Shown: in pieces, positions 32,897-43,150 of the stretch
Layout: every line of letters begins with the position of its first letter
Numbering within the stretch: position 1 is the first letter of the stretch
Assembly: GCA_002269645.1 (NCBI GenBank)
Contig: NIVC01000027.1
Span: 372,001-436,000 of the forward strand
Origin: Macrostomum lignano
Lineage: Eukaryota
Reading direction: 5' to 3'
DNA length: 64,000 nt
Translations under genes and position numbers: made by a program
Notes under the pieces: generated by a model
What the model was told of the DNA's origin: nothing
The model's input: only the letters and a program-made list of their open reading frames with translations
The model's database searches: none

Positions 32897-33760
32897 ATGG
32901 AAGCTATAGCCGAAAGACTAAACAATATTATTTCGCACTCCAAGGAGAGCATTCCTATTACAATAACTGGGCGGATTAATGACTCAAACGGGATATTTGT
33001 TCAAAAATTAGAGCAGGCGATTAGCCTGGATCCAGGCGCTAATTACCATGTCTATCTTAACGACTTCACCGGTTGGTCAAACGTTCCCAATGTGATGGCA
33101 GCAAATAATAAGTTTTATTACAAATGGAAAGGTGCAGCAGCAGACCCTGTGGTATTCCATGTGAGCACGCAAAGTGTGGATACCTACAATTACTTTCTAG
33201 AAAATGTCTTTACTAAGAGAGGCCATTTTGAGACACCTGATGCGAGTAAGCCAGAGAAGAAACTGTTCCCTGTCAAACTAACCTATGATCTCACTGTAAT
33301 GAGAGTGGTCATGCAAGTTCACAAAGATGCGGAGGTTGAGTTTAAAGATGACACTTGGTATAGGGAACTGGGATTCGAGAAGAAAGTTTATAAGGCAGAA
33401 TCCGCGGCGCGGACCGCCACTCAAGCATCGGGGACTGTTAGAATGGTCCGGGAAAGTGTAAGCGGTTTGTTCTTAGCACCCAATATTGCAGACATTGTAA
33501 AGGGTTTGAATATTCTAATCAGAAGCAATCTCAGTCTTGATTGGGTATTTAAGGGAAAGCGAACGAATATTTTGTACAACATCTCCAACTCTGTTGCTGG
33601 AGGACAGATGGTGGTAGAGAAACCAAATCCAGTGAAAAGAGTTGTATTGAGTAATAAGGAGATTCACGAGATTGTGCTACAGTTTGAGACTGAAGATGGG
33701 ATGGGTGTTGATTTCAACGGTGAAGAGTTTGTATTGACGTTGATCATTGAGAGAATGTAA
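32897..33760 (+). CDS. Single jelly-roll minor capsid (penton) protein
   Basis: NVPNV..ANNKFYY, ILIRSNL, and a C-terminal I.LQFETEDG..VDFNGEEFVLTLII penton signature. Confidence 0.85.
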   Translation: MEAIAERLNNIISHSKESIPITITGRINDSNGIFVQKLEQAISLDPGANYHVYLNDFTGWSNVPNVMAANNKFYYKWKGAAADPVVFHVSTQSVDTYNYFLENVFTKRGHFETPDASKPEKKLFPVKLTYDLTVMRVVMQVHKDAEVEFKDDTWYRELGFEKKVYKAESAARTATQASGTVRMVRESVSGLFLAPNIADIVKGLNILIRSNLSLDWVFKGKRTNILYNISNSVAGGQMVVEKPNPVKRVVLSNKEIHEIVLQFETEDGMGVDFNGEEFVLTLIIERM

Positions 33761-33764
33761 GAAA

Positions 33765-34001
33765 TCACAATTGCCTAATGATTTCTGCAAAGTTATAGTA
33801 GCTGTCGTAATCGTTAATGACTACTCCATACTTATGAAACCAGTGTCTTTGGAGAGCTAGATTAATATTAGGGACATGGATATCAACGTTGGGCCAATAT
33901 TTTCTCATGTATTCGCTGCATTCAAGTTTGCATCGGTACTTGGATTTGTACAATGGATGAGGCTGAGTATAATAGGAACCTGGAGAGACAACTGGAAACA
34001 T
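33765..34001 (-). CDS. Small aromatic-rich Polinton ORF (78 aa), function unknown
   Basis: A-tract ATG like the other viral genes. Its stop converges tightly with the penton stop. Confidence 0.55.
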   Translation of the reverse strand: MFPVVSPGSYYTQPHPLYKSKYRCKLECSEYMRKYWPNVDIHVPNINLALQRHWFHKYGVVINDYDSYYNFAEIIRQL

Positions 34002-34012
34002 TTTTATTGAGA

Positions 34013-34463
34013 ATTTAATTTTTTTTTCAAAGGGTAAGGACCCTGCGCTGATGATTTAAAGTCTTTGGGATCTGGTTTCATGTTGCGAATCGAATGTGGG
34101 GATAAGAATGCAGATTATTTTCTGATTGTTTCGAAGATGCTATGGGTGGATGTCAGTGGATTATGTCAGTGTCAGTGAGCATAACGGGTATCAGTGGACA
34201 CCTGCTCTGATTCTGTCAGGGATAATATGGATGGATTTAATGGGATTATGTTCGAAGTTTTCGGAGCAAGTGCGGCCCCTCCCCTTTTTCATGATTCTGT
34301 CAGGGATAATATGGATGGATTTAATGGGATTATGGAGGACGTTTTGTGAGCGAGTGCGACCCCCCTTTTTTTCTGATTCTGTCGGGGATAATATGGATGG
34401 ATTTAATGGGATTATGGAGGATGTGAAAAATTTTGTCCCAAAAGCCCCCTCATGCCTTCTACT
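34013..34463 (-). repeat. Right terminal inverted repeat with three ~83-bp internal units
   Basis: TGATTCTGTCRGGGATAATATGGATGGATTTAATGGGATTATG at 34208, 34292 and 34374. The left TIR has one unit. Confidence 0.93.
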
Positions 34464-34649
34464 AAAGAGAGTGGACATTCATGACGGTTAGAAAGTCAGA
34501 ACTGCTGTACACCCTGTGTGAGCGTGTGTACGAGTGCGTGCCTGCGTACATGCAGTATTGGCGCGTTTGTCTGTTCTCAGGACCCAGCGGAATTGCCAGG
34601 GTGCCATGGTGACCTCATGACCAAAACCCTTTCTGCAATCAGAGTCCTA

Positions 34650-35198
34650 CTAGTAATACTGCAGTCCAGATTTAGTTTTTAATAAAATTGAAGTCTCCAG
34701 GAATGGAAAAAGAAGGCGGAGTCGAGGATAAAAATAATATTTTGTAAGGCATTGAAAAGACAGCCCCTTCACAAACCTGTTAAACAGGGCTCTCAAACGG
34801 TCGAGGTTCGCCAGCGAGTCGGGCAGGCCTTGAGCTGCATCGCGAACAGTGATTGCCACCACCAGGTCCTGCCGATGCATCCACTCTAGACCAGCTTTCA
34901 CTCGTAGTTGAAAGTTGGCCTCCTCAGACTTGAGCCGCATCACTGGCAGGAGTTTGTGCCGATCAAACCAGTACAAATATTTTCGAGTGATTTCCTCTCG
35001 CAACTGTCGGTAGTGAGCGTGAAATCCGCCAATATTCACTGCTGAATGCGTCGCTTTGTTATCGGATTTAGTCAGTGTCTCTGACGGTTCCAGATTTAGC
35101 CTGTGATATCTGACCGTTGTACAGCTTTGAAGAGCCACACAGCAAATAAACGTAGCGACGGCAGCTAAATACACAAGTTTCCGAATGCAATGATGCAT
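34650..35198 (-). CDS. Type II membrane glycosyltransferase-like protein, probable exon 35198-34777
   Basis: N-terminal signal anchor, then DLVVAITVRDAAQGLPDSLANLDRLRALF (GT-A beta1-alpha1-like). Candidate GT donor after FNR. Confidence 0.4.
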   Translation of the reverse strand: MHHCIRKLVYLAAVATFICCVALQSCTTVRYHRLNLEPSETLTKSDNKATHSAVNIGGFHAHYRQLREEITRKYLYWFDRHKLLPVMRLKSEEANFQLRVKAGLEWMHRQDLVVAITVRDAAQGLPDSLANLDRLRALFNRFVKGLSFQCLTKYYFYPRLRLLFPFLETSILLKTKSGLQYY

Positions 35199-36126
35199 GG
35201 TTGTGATTCTTCAGATGTCGCTTTCAGTTGAACTAGCAAGGTAGAAAATTTACTGTCCTAATATACAAGTAGCATCCAAAGTGGCATACGTTAAACAAAG
35301 TCATCAAAATAATGGTGTAGTATTTTTAGGAAACCAAGCCATTTTATCATTGTTCGCGTTTTGTCATGCGATACAGACCAAAACGTCGTCTTAAACCATA
35401 TCGGATGTCGCTAAGTTTAAACACATTGTTCGCTCTTTATGCGCATTTATGATGTCTACACGCATTTTTATAGGAATTGGCGCGTTTGAAGGTTAGATAG
35501 TTTGCATCTTTTGTTTATATATGCAGCGCTGGCTTGGAACCCGGAAACGAAGTAGAGAACGATTGCTGCTATAGCTAGTGCAGCACCAGCATAAGATGCA
35601 GCGCCGACAAAGTTCAGAACTATCTACGCAACTTTTCGACTTCTCGACTTTACGAGCGAAGCCTATATCAATAAATATCGCAAAAAAGTCAGTATCAGTA
35701 GGTATTTGAAACAAGAACCAAACATCCAGGAAGTACCAAGATCCAGGATACAGGCAGGAAGTATAAACACAAAAATTATGAATATTCCTTTAAAGGTCTA
35801 AATTCTCTTCCAAGCTACATCAGAGAGCTAGTCAAATACGTGTTGTATGAAATCTTGCATAGTCTTGCTCTGGCCTATATGCGCACGCATTCATGGAATT
35901 CAAAGTCATTCTAACAATAACGTTTTTATAACAATCAACCATGTACACATTAGTTTTTCTATTACACAAACTTAGCTGATGAGAAGCTAGCTGATTGACA
36001 AAATAAACAACAGAATGTCTGTATAGTTAAAAAACATTTTAATGAAATAATACAAACTTCATATAATTTTACTTGTGGCTTAGGACACGTCTATCAAGGT
36101 GCTTGAAGTGGCTTGAAGTGCAAGTT

Positions 36127-37404
36127 TTAACAGTTCTTGGTTGAGTCGCGAACGTTTCTGAATCCGGAGTCTCGATTTCTCTGATATCTACCGGCGGCAG
36201 CCATGGGATTAACGGTCCCGCTGAACGAGAAGACGTTTGCTTCGACAATCGCGCCCGACTGCTGAGGACAGCAACAACAGATTTGCCGACAACAGCCGCG
36301 AGAGTAGGTAGCGGAGAACTTCTGTCTGAAGCTTCCGCCAGAAAAGTACACCAGAACGTTTAGAACGCACTGAAAGTACATCAGAGTGTTCAATTGACGC
36401 AAGAGAAGCTCGTAAGTGTTCGACGGTATCTGGTCGAGGGCGCCAACTAGATGCAACATTTCGGCCAAACTCCAAGGTAGATTGCAAATCAAAAAGGCTG
36501 CATTGAAAAGGCCCAACAGAATGCTGAGACGAGTGAGTGTCCGGAATCTTCGCACAGCGGCCGTTCTGTTGTTGGCCTGACCCAGTTCAGCTGCAGCATC
36601 GGCTGCCGCAACATCCGACCGGCGGAGAAGGATGCAAATCACCAGCGAGCCAGAGATGAGGCAGACAGTCAGAGCCACTCGGCCATAGAACAGTTCGAGC
36701 TTCACATAGGTTGACTCATAGTATTGGTTCTCCCCAACGATGCAGGCTGAAGTGTCTGCATTCCAGCTAGTTGTGGCCGTGCGCAGTACCGGCAGTACCA
36801 TGGCCAAAGTGGTCACCGCAGCTAGCAGAGCTGCAGTCTTTGTCACTGTCATAATGCGCCGAGCTCTTAACGGAGTCGCCACGGCTACCAGGCGATCCAC
36901 AGTGAGGCCCAGCTGAAAGAAAGGCGCACCAAACAGGGCATAGTGGGTGACGAACACATAGAGAATGCAACCAGCGTGACTGCCGTAAAATGGATTGACG
37001 AACCAGTCCCAGGCATTTGCTACGAACGGCTGCGACATGTAAGTCAAATAATGCGTCGGTGCCTTCAGCAGTAGGATGAGAGCATCGTTCAGGCTAATGA
37101 TGAGCATGAACAGCCGAGTGACCCTCGGGAACAGGCGGCGATGCCTCAGGATCACCCAGAAGCAGAGCGAATTCATCACGCCGCCAACAAAGCAGAGCGT
37201 CGGAAACAGCCAAACAAAGACGCACCAGTGAAATTTGTTCCACGATTCACTGAAAGGATACTGAGTCGTAGGATAAAACTGAGTTGTCCAGTTTCCCAGC
37301 GAACCGGTGCTGCAGTTTTCACCCTCGAGATCTGGCATAGTGTGCTCGAGAGCCGCTTTAAGCAGCCAAGCTAAAATCTGGTATTTCTTCGGATCTGGCC
37401 TCAT
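36127..37404 (-). CDS. Intronless class A (rhodopsin-like) GPCR, peptide-receptor type
   Basis: Seven hydrophobic segments, GGVMN (TM1), LND (TM2), TVDRLVAV..P (DRY-like), ICNLP (TM6), LNVLVYF..SFRQ (TM7/H8). Confidence 0.93.
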   Translation of the reverse strand: MRPDPKKYQILAWLLKAALEHTMPDLEGENCSTGSLGNWTTQFYPTTQYPFSESWNKFHWCVFVWLFPTLCFVGGVMNSLCFWVILRHRRLFPRVTRLFMLIISLNDALILLLKAPTHYLTYMSQPFVANAWDWFVNPFYGSHAGCILYVFVTHYALFGAPFFQLGLTVDRLVAVATPLRARRIMTVTKTAALLAAVTTLAMVLPVLRTATTSWNADTSACIVGENQYYESTYVKLELFYGRVALTVCLISGSLVICILLRRSDVAAADAAAELGQANNRTAAVRRFRTLTRLSILLGLFNAAFLICNLPWSLAEMLHLVGALDQIPSNTYELLLRQLNTLMYFQCVLNVLVYFSGGSFRQKFSATYSRGCCRQICCCCPQQSGAIVEANVFSFSGTVNPMAAAGRYQRNRDSGFRNVRDSTKNC

Positions 37405-37919
37405 TCTCTATCCATCGGAATGCGCATTTAAGGAGCAACGGGTCCGATAAGATAAGCGGGCTGGAGGCTGCGGCGCAATAGCCAGTTTACAATACGTTGA
37501 AGCGAAGAGGAAGGAGAGGGAGAGAGAGAACCGAAAAAACTTCTTGGTTCCCGCTTGATGTTTGCCGGGTTCGCACAGTGACGAGGTAGAGAGGGGGGTG
37601 AAAAAGTGCACACGCAGCTCCTTGGGCGAATAAATGCATTATTCATTAACTTTTTTCTGCCAAAGTAATATATTTCCACCTGCTCCGATATTGAGGACTA
37701 AGGAAAGACCGTTGAACCTCGTGTGGGCTGCCCAAACATCCGGTTTTTTCTGTTGATTTGCAGCATTTACGCTTGAACGCTACGCAATACTTTACAGTCT
37801 AGCAATATCGCTGTTTGCAAACCATATTGTCATATTATCTACACTACTGATAACATTTTGAAGAGATGAATCTGTTATCAAACCTTGTGAAGCCAATTCA
37901 TTAACGTTGCCTACTTACG

Positions 37920-38140
37920 GTCAGTCAGCTAGTCACCCACTCACTAAGTCAGTCAGTCAGTCAGTCAGTCAGTCAGTCAGTCAGTCAGTCAGTCAGTCAG
38001 TCAGTCAGTCAGTCAGTCAGTCAGTCAGTCAGTCAGTCAGTCAGTCAGTCAGTCAGTCAGTCAGTCAGTCAGTCAGTCAGTCCCACTCACTAAGTCAGTC
38101 AGTCACCCACTCACTAAGTCAGTGAGTCAGTCAGTCAGAT
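37920..38140. repeat. (TCAG)n microsatellite with CCCACTCACTAAG interruptions
   Basis: Direct. Confidence 0.95.
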
Positions 38141-39107
38141 TTCTTTTACAACTAAATACCTTATTAACCATTTTGTAATCTCTTGATGAAGAGATATTGT
38201 GGAAGCCAAATCTAACCTAAAGCCAGCCTATGAAACTGCTCGTGCTTTGAATTGTTGATTAAATCAGAAAATCAGCCAAGTCTTCACCAGTCCAACTTTT
38301 CGCATCCACAAGCTGCATCAACTTCAATCACATGTTTCCATGCAGTAACTTTGAAGCAGAGTTTTCCTGTAAGGCTGTGGGAACGAAATGCAATTAAAAA
38401 CTGCTCACTGAACTGCTCTGTCAGGGGCTAAGATTCCTTACTAATTCAGAGAGTGATAATATAATGTTGCTGCCACGATATTTCAAGTGCCATAGGGGAA
38501 TTTTTATCAATCAAAGATATGAGTGAGAGTGAGTCAATTTTTGCTTTCTTGACTTTGACTTTCTTGACTTTCTTGACTTTCTTGAAGTTCAAGCTGATTG
38601 CATTGAAGTGGCGAACTTAGAGGGTCGCTCACCAAGAGACACTGGCGCCCACCAAGAGAAAAGAGGGGCCCACCAAGAGACAGGGGCGCCAACCTAAAAA
38701 AGGGGCGCCAACCTACAGAAATGGGCGCCCACCAAGATACACTGGTGCCCACCAAAGACAGAGGCTGCCTGAAAAAAAGCGTTTTGCCTCGATGTAATGA
38801 CACTATTAGCTCTGTTGGATTGGATAGAAATACTCGCGCATAGCTTGCTAATTGTTAAAATCTAAATATAATTAAGCAAGCAGGAGTCTCCGCTGGTAGA
38901 AACTCCATATTTTGCAGTCAATTCGTCAACATCTTGACGATTACAATCGTTTTGCTAGTTCAATTGGACGAACTGTTAAGCTAGGCTTCAATCAAACGGT
39001 TAGCAAGTAAATGATGGGTTTATTTTTTGCATCAAGGACAACAGAAGACAACGTTCTTGATTTGCGTTTGGTTATCCAAAAAAGTCAATTTTTTGTTGTC
39101 ATCGTTT

Positions 39108-39353
39108 TCAGCAGCCACGCTGGTAGAGAGTCCAGTCGGGTCCGGTCAGGCTGGCTGGCGGGTAGGCGAACTCCAGCAGGTGGCAGGCGAGCAGCCGTTT
39201 GGAGAAAACGGCGGCCTGGCAGTCGGCTCTGGCGCTGCACTTGGAAAGGCAGCGCATGAGACGGGGCAGCGGCCGACCAGATAGAAGTTGAATCGGAAGT
39301 CACCGGAGGGCTGGACTGCCGAATCTTCGTCGTGTAGGTGTTTCTGCCCACAT
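39108..39353 (-). pseudogene. Diverged last exon of a third WSC-PAN paralog
   Basis: LMRCLSKCSARADCQAAVFSKRLLACHLLEFAYPPASL matches IECMGLCEASAACQAVIFSGQQRLCHLLRFAYPPASL. Phase-1 acceptor at 39354-39355. One frameshift near 39260. Confidence 0.75.
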
Positions 39354-39473
39354 CTGTGCGTGAAATCAGGAATGAAATCAAGGACCTATCATTAAGCGTT
39401 TATTATTTCCTTATAGTCTATTGCCTTACTTTTGTTGAAAAAAATCAAGAAAAGTTGAAAAAATAAAAACTAA

Positions 39474-39782
39474 GGAGTGATAGCCTAGTGGTCAGAGCGT
39501 CGGACTCACGACTTGAAGGTCGAGGGTTCGATTCTCGATCCCACTGGAACAATTTGTGGCCTTGAGCAAGGCACTTTAAGCTCTGCATTGCTTCAGTTCA
39601 CTCAACTTAAAAATTGGTGCCAGCATTAGCTGGGGTAATCGAGGTTGTGTGACGACCCCACAGTCCTTGGACTGAACAGCCGTACGCAGCCTTCAGATGC
39701 CCCGCACAAGCTGCGGCTGAGCTGTCGGTTGCACATCTGGGCCAAGTGGGGCAGGTGTAATCAATTATTATCAATTAATAAA
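39474..39782 (+). mobile_element. tRNA-derived SINE
   Basis: A box TAGCCTAGTGG, B box GGTTCGATTC, then GGCCTTGAGCAAGGCACTT typical of conserved SINE central domains. AT-rich tail. Confidence 0.75.
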
Positions 39783-39929
39783 ACAGATCCCCGATTAAGG
39801 AAAAACAATTGTCTATGTCTGCTTGCTTTATTAATGGTGTCAAAAACCGCTCGTATTATTTGGGAAGTTAAAATTGCTCAATAGTATTGCTGCTTTTACT
39901 TAAATCGCCCCAAGTCAGCTCCTTTTAAA

Positions 39930-41620
39930 ATGCAAAAAAGCAAACAGACAGCGTCAATCGGCGAAAAACACTTAAATGACGTCACTGTTATAAACCACTC
40001 GGAAAGTCTGAGTCGCGAAGGGATCCAGCGGATGATGGAAGCCTGCGGCAAGCGCCGCGATCCCGAGTGCCTGGTGTGCGCCATCCTGCGCAAGAAGCTG
40101 GAGGCTTCCCCTGATCAAAAACGGATGCTGCTACCGATTGACATTGAAGTTGAGCAGAGTCGCATTGTGCGGCAGCACTTCCCGCTGTGCACACCGCCTG
40201 CGGATTTAAACCGTGGCTCGCTTGACTCCACTGCCTCCATTGGGCAGCAGGCGTTGGGCGCGGATGTGTCCATACTCAAGTTTGGCATTGGCGGAGTGAA
40301 AAACACAGGAGGAGGTGAGACACAAACGAGAGCGAACATTGAGCTGATTAAATGGTTTGCATAGTCTGCAGTGCATTCTTTTGTAGAACGACACGAGTGT
40401 CTGAATTACCAGATTTTAGTTCCACTGTATAGAAACTTCTTTGGCTATTGCTAGGAGCGTAAATGGAAGCATAAAAGTCTGCGAGCTATATCTGTTGACG
40501 CTTGATACGCTCGTAGCTATCTTGGCTCTAGCGGCCCAAGTTCGATTCTCGGCTTGGCTCTGCTCGCGCAATTAGCGGCCCTGAGGGCCAACCCCCAAGG
40601 CACAGTAAAGTGTACATAACTAACGTTAAATAAAGTTAGGGCTGCTGTGCGTATGATTGCGTACGTATCCGCGCGCTTGTGTACCTGCTCAGGGGAGTCG
40701 GCGGAATGGGCAGTAATGCCTCTCGCTGGTTGTGTGACAATGTCGCTTAAAGTTCGTCAGGGTGCTCATACACTGTTGTAATTAGTTTGCAAAAACGGCT
40801 GGTATGGCACTTCACACACTTACTCAGCCGGTGTTAGGGTTTCTGCTCTCCGGAGTTAAGGATCTCCGGCCAAAAAAATTACGTGATTTTACAATCGCCC
40901 TCACGGATATCGGTGTAGAATCTCCGAGGGGATAACAGAATCTGGTTTTGGATCTCCGGATAGGGAGACCTGACCATGCCCCGGAGATCCCACAACGGTT
41001 ACGGATCTCCGATCGTGGAGATCCCTAACCGTTTGTATTCTCCGAAGGAGATCCTAAACCCTTTAAGATGGTCGGAGATCCCAGCCCGTTTGCAGTCTCC
41101 GGATCGGCGACCCAAAACTGACCAGAGCCCCGGAGTTTCTAAACCGTAATACCGGGTACAGAAAGTCCTCGCTTTCCACTTGTCGGGCAGTATGAACTGG
41201 CTTTAAGTAAAAGCTTTAATTGTGTATTTTTGTCCGCTTGCAGATCAACCGGCCGCTCAGAAGCTGCCGCGCGACAGTCAGCTGTCGGATCCGGGCGCCA
41301 AGCAGGGCGGCGACACCCGGGCTCTGAACTACGGACTGCACAACCTCATCCAGGAGATCGATTCGGAGCCTAACCAAAATCATCAAACTGTATTCAAAAA
41401 CTTGGAGCAGTCGCAGTTGAACTCGCTCCTGGCTCAGGTTACCTGTAAGGACACCCTGTTCAAGGAGAACGAGAGCAATGCCAAGCTGCTGCGCATCGAG
41501 CAGGAGTTGAACGACCTCATGAACCGGGAGGACGTGGCCAGGTTGACCCAGGACAGCAAGCCTGGCAGCGGGGTTGGCGGAGTGACATCAAAGAAGATCA
41601 ACCATGAGCACGGTTACTGA
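39930..41620 (+). CDS. Uncharacterised two-exon protein (39930-40314 + 41244-41620, ~253 aa)
   Basis: Phase-1 G|GTGAGA donor and TTGCAG| acceptor join in frame (762 nt). AATAAA near 41636. Confidence 0.6.
40828..41155. mobile_element. Foldback/MITE-like imperfect palindrome in an intron
   Basis: Central hairpin ACAACGGTTACGGATCTCC/GGAGATCCCTAACCGTTTGT with matching outer arms and repeated GGATCTCCG/CGGAGATCC. Confidence 0.7.
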
Positions 41621-41969
41621 GCAAGATGTTCTACTAATAAAACCCTTTCTCTGTTACTTTAAGTAGCGTGCTAGAGATAAAACTTTCCAACCGATATTAT
41701 TCTGCTGTAAAAGTATTTATTAGCAAAGTTAAGGACTGTAACCAACTAGAATAAAGAAACTTTTCTAGCTTTCTAACACTGCAGCTTGACTTGTTTGAAG
41801 AAGTTTTCAAATTTTCCAATTAAAATTTGGAGCATAAAAACTTCGAAGCTGCTTCCTATCTGCAGGGCAAAACGTTTTTATGTCGTTTGAATCAATAAAA
41901 AACTTTGTGGATTTTTTTGCATATTTTACAGCCTAGCAGTCATCAAGCCATTCCGATCCGGGCGGAATG

Positions 41970-41970
<1 letters not shown>

Positions 41971-42000
<30 letters not shown>
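41971..42000. repeat. (CAG)10
   Basis: Direct. Confidence 0.95.
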
Positions 42001-42003
<3 letters not shown>

Positions 42004-42780
42004 CCGTGCATACGCTGCTATGTTCGTGTGTTTGATTGCCCATCGCTAAGCCGCGCTCAACAGCTGAGCTCCGTTCTAAAATATTTTTATCGACCTCCAC
42101 CTCCGCCACAGGTCATCCCAATTTGTACTCATTTTTACATTCAATTCCATATGATTAATAAAAATGCTGAACTAACAGCTGAATTAAAAATTCTGAGCAT
42201 GATTAATATCCGTCGATGTAACGCTAATCACCTCTGGCTAGAGGCAGAGTTAGGAAGCCTTGCGTTGGGTCTCTCAGTTTTACAATGCGTTCCAGCTAAA
42301 AGGCGGTAAAAGCATCATAAGAGCGTATGCTTGTTAACCAAATAATTGCTAATTGCATTGCAATGCAGTTAGATTTTTTAGTATCACGTGTTCGATTACA
42401 TTTTAACTTTTGCGATTAGTAAGCAGATCACAGGCATTAGGAATATGTTGAATATTAAGTGCCTAAAATATTCGGAACTCTTTTATCATTCTCGAGGCTC
42501 TTCTATCTCCATCACTCTTTAGATTCTTCCATCGTTCTCGAGGCTCTTCTGCCATTGTCAAGACTCTTCTGGAGACTGAGCCTGATGGATGGAGACTGGT
42601 GGAGATCATCAGTCTTTAGACTCTTTCAGTCATTTTTATTGAGTTTCCATCATTCTCGAGACTCCTCCTCTTGAGACTCGTCATTCTTCATACTCTTCTA
42701 TCAATCATTCGATCATTTGATCATCCCATTCCTTCGTTTCATCCATCATTCCATCATTCCATTTCATCATTCTCGGGACT

Positions 42781-43150
42781 CTTGAGACTCTTCAGTCATT
42801 CTTGAGACTCTTCAGTCATTCTTGAGACTCTTCAGTCATTCTTGAGACTCTTCAGTCATTCTTGAGACTCTTCAGTCATTCTTGAGACTCTTCAGTCATT
42901 CTTGAGACTCTTCAGTCATTCTTGAGACTCTTCAGTCATTCTTGAGACTCTTCAGTCATTCTTGAGACTCTTCAGTCATTCTTGAGACTCTTCAGTCATT
43001 CTTGAGACTCTTCAGTCATTCTTGAGACTCTTCAGTCATTCTTGAGACTCTTCAGTCATTCTTGAGACTCTTCAGTCATTCTTGAGACTCTTCAGTCATT
43101 CTCGAGACTCTTCAGTCGTTCTCGAGACTCTTCAGTCATTCTCGAGACTC
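42781..43150. repeat. 20-bp minisatellite (CTTGAGACTCTTCAGTCATT) x~18 with degenerate flanks
   Basis: Direct. Confidence 0.97.

Larger units (their letters stand above)
11892..34463 (+). mobile_element. Polinton/Maverick (adintovirus-type) endogenous dsDNA virus, near complete but decayed
   Basis: TIRs start AGTAGAAGGCATGAGGGGGC and end GCCCCCTCATGCCTTCTACT. Contains integrase, pPolB, protease, ATPase, MCP and mCP. Confidence 0.97.

Noticed and set aside
39474-39545. tRNA gene (CAC anticodon-like loop)
   Set aside because: The acceptor stem pairs poorly and the sequence continues into a SINE body, so it is treated as a SINE head.
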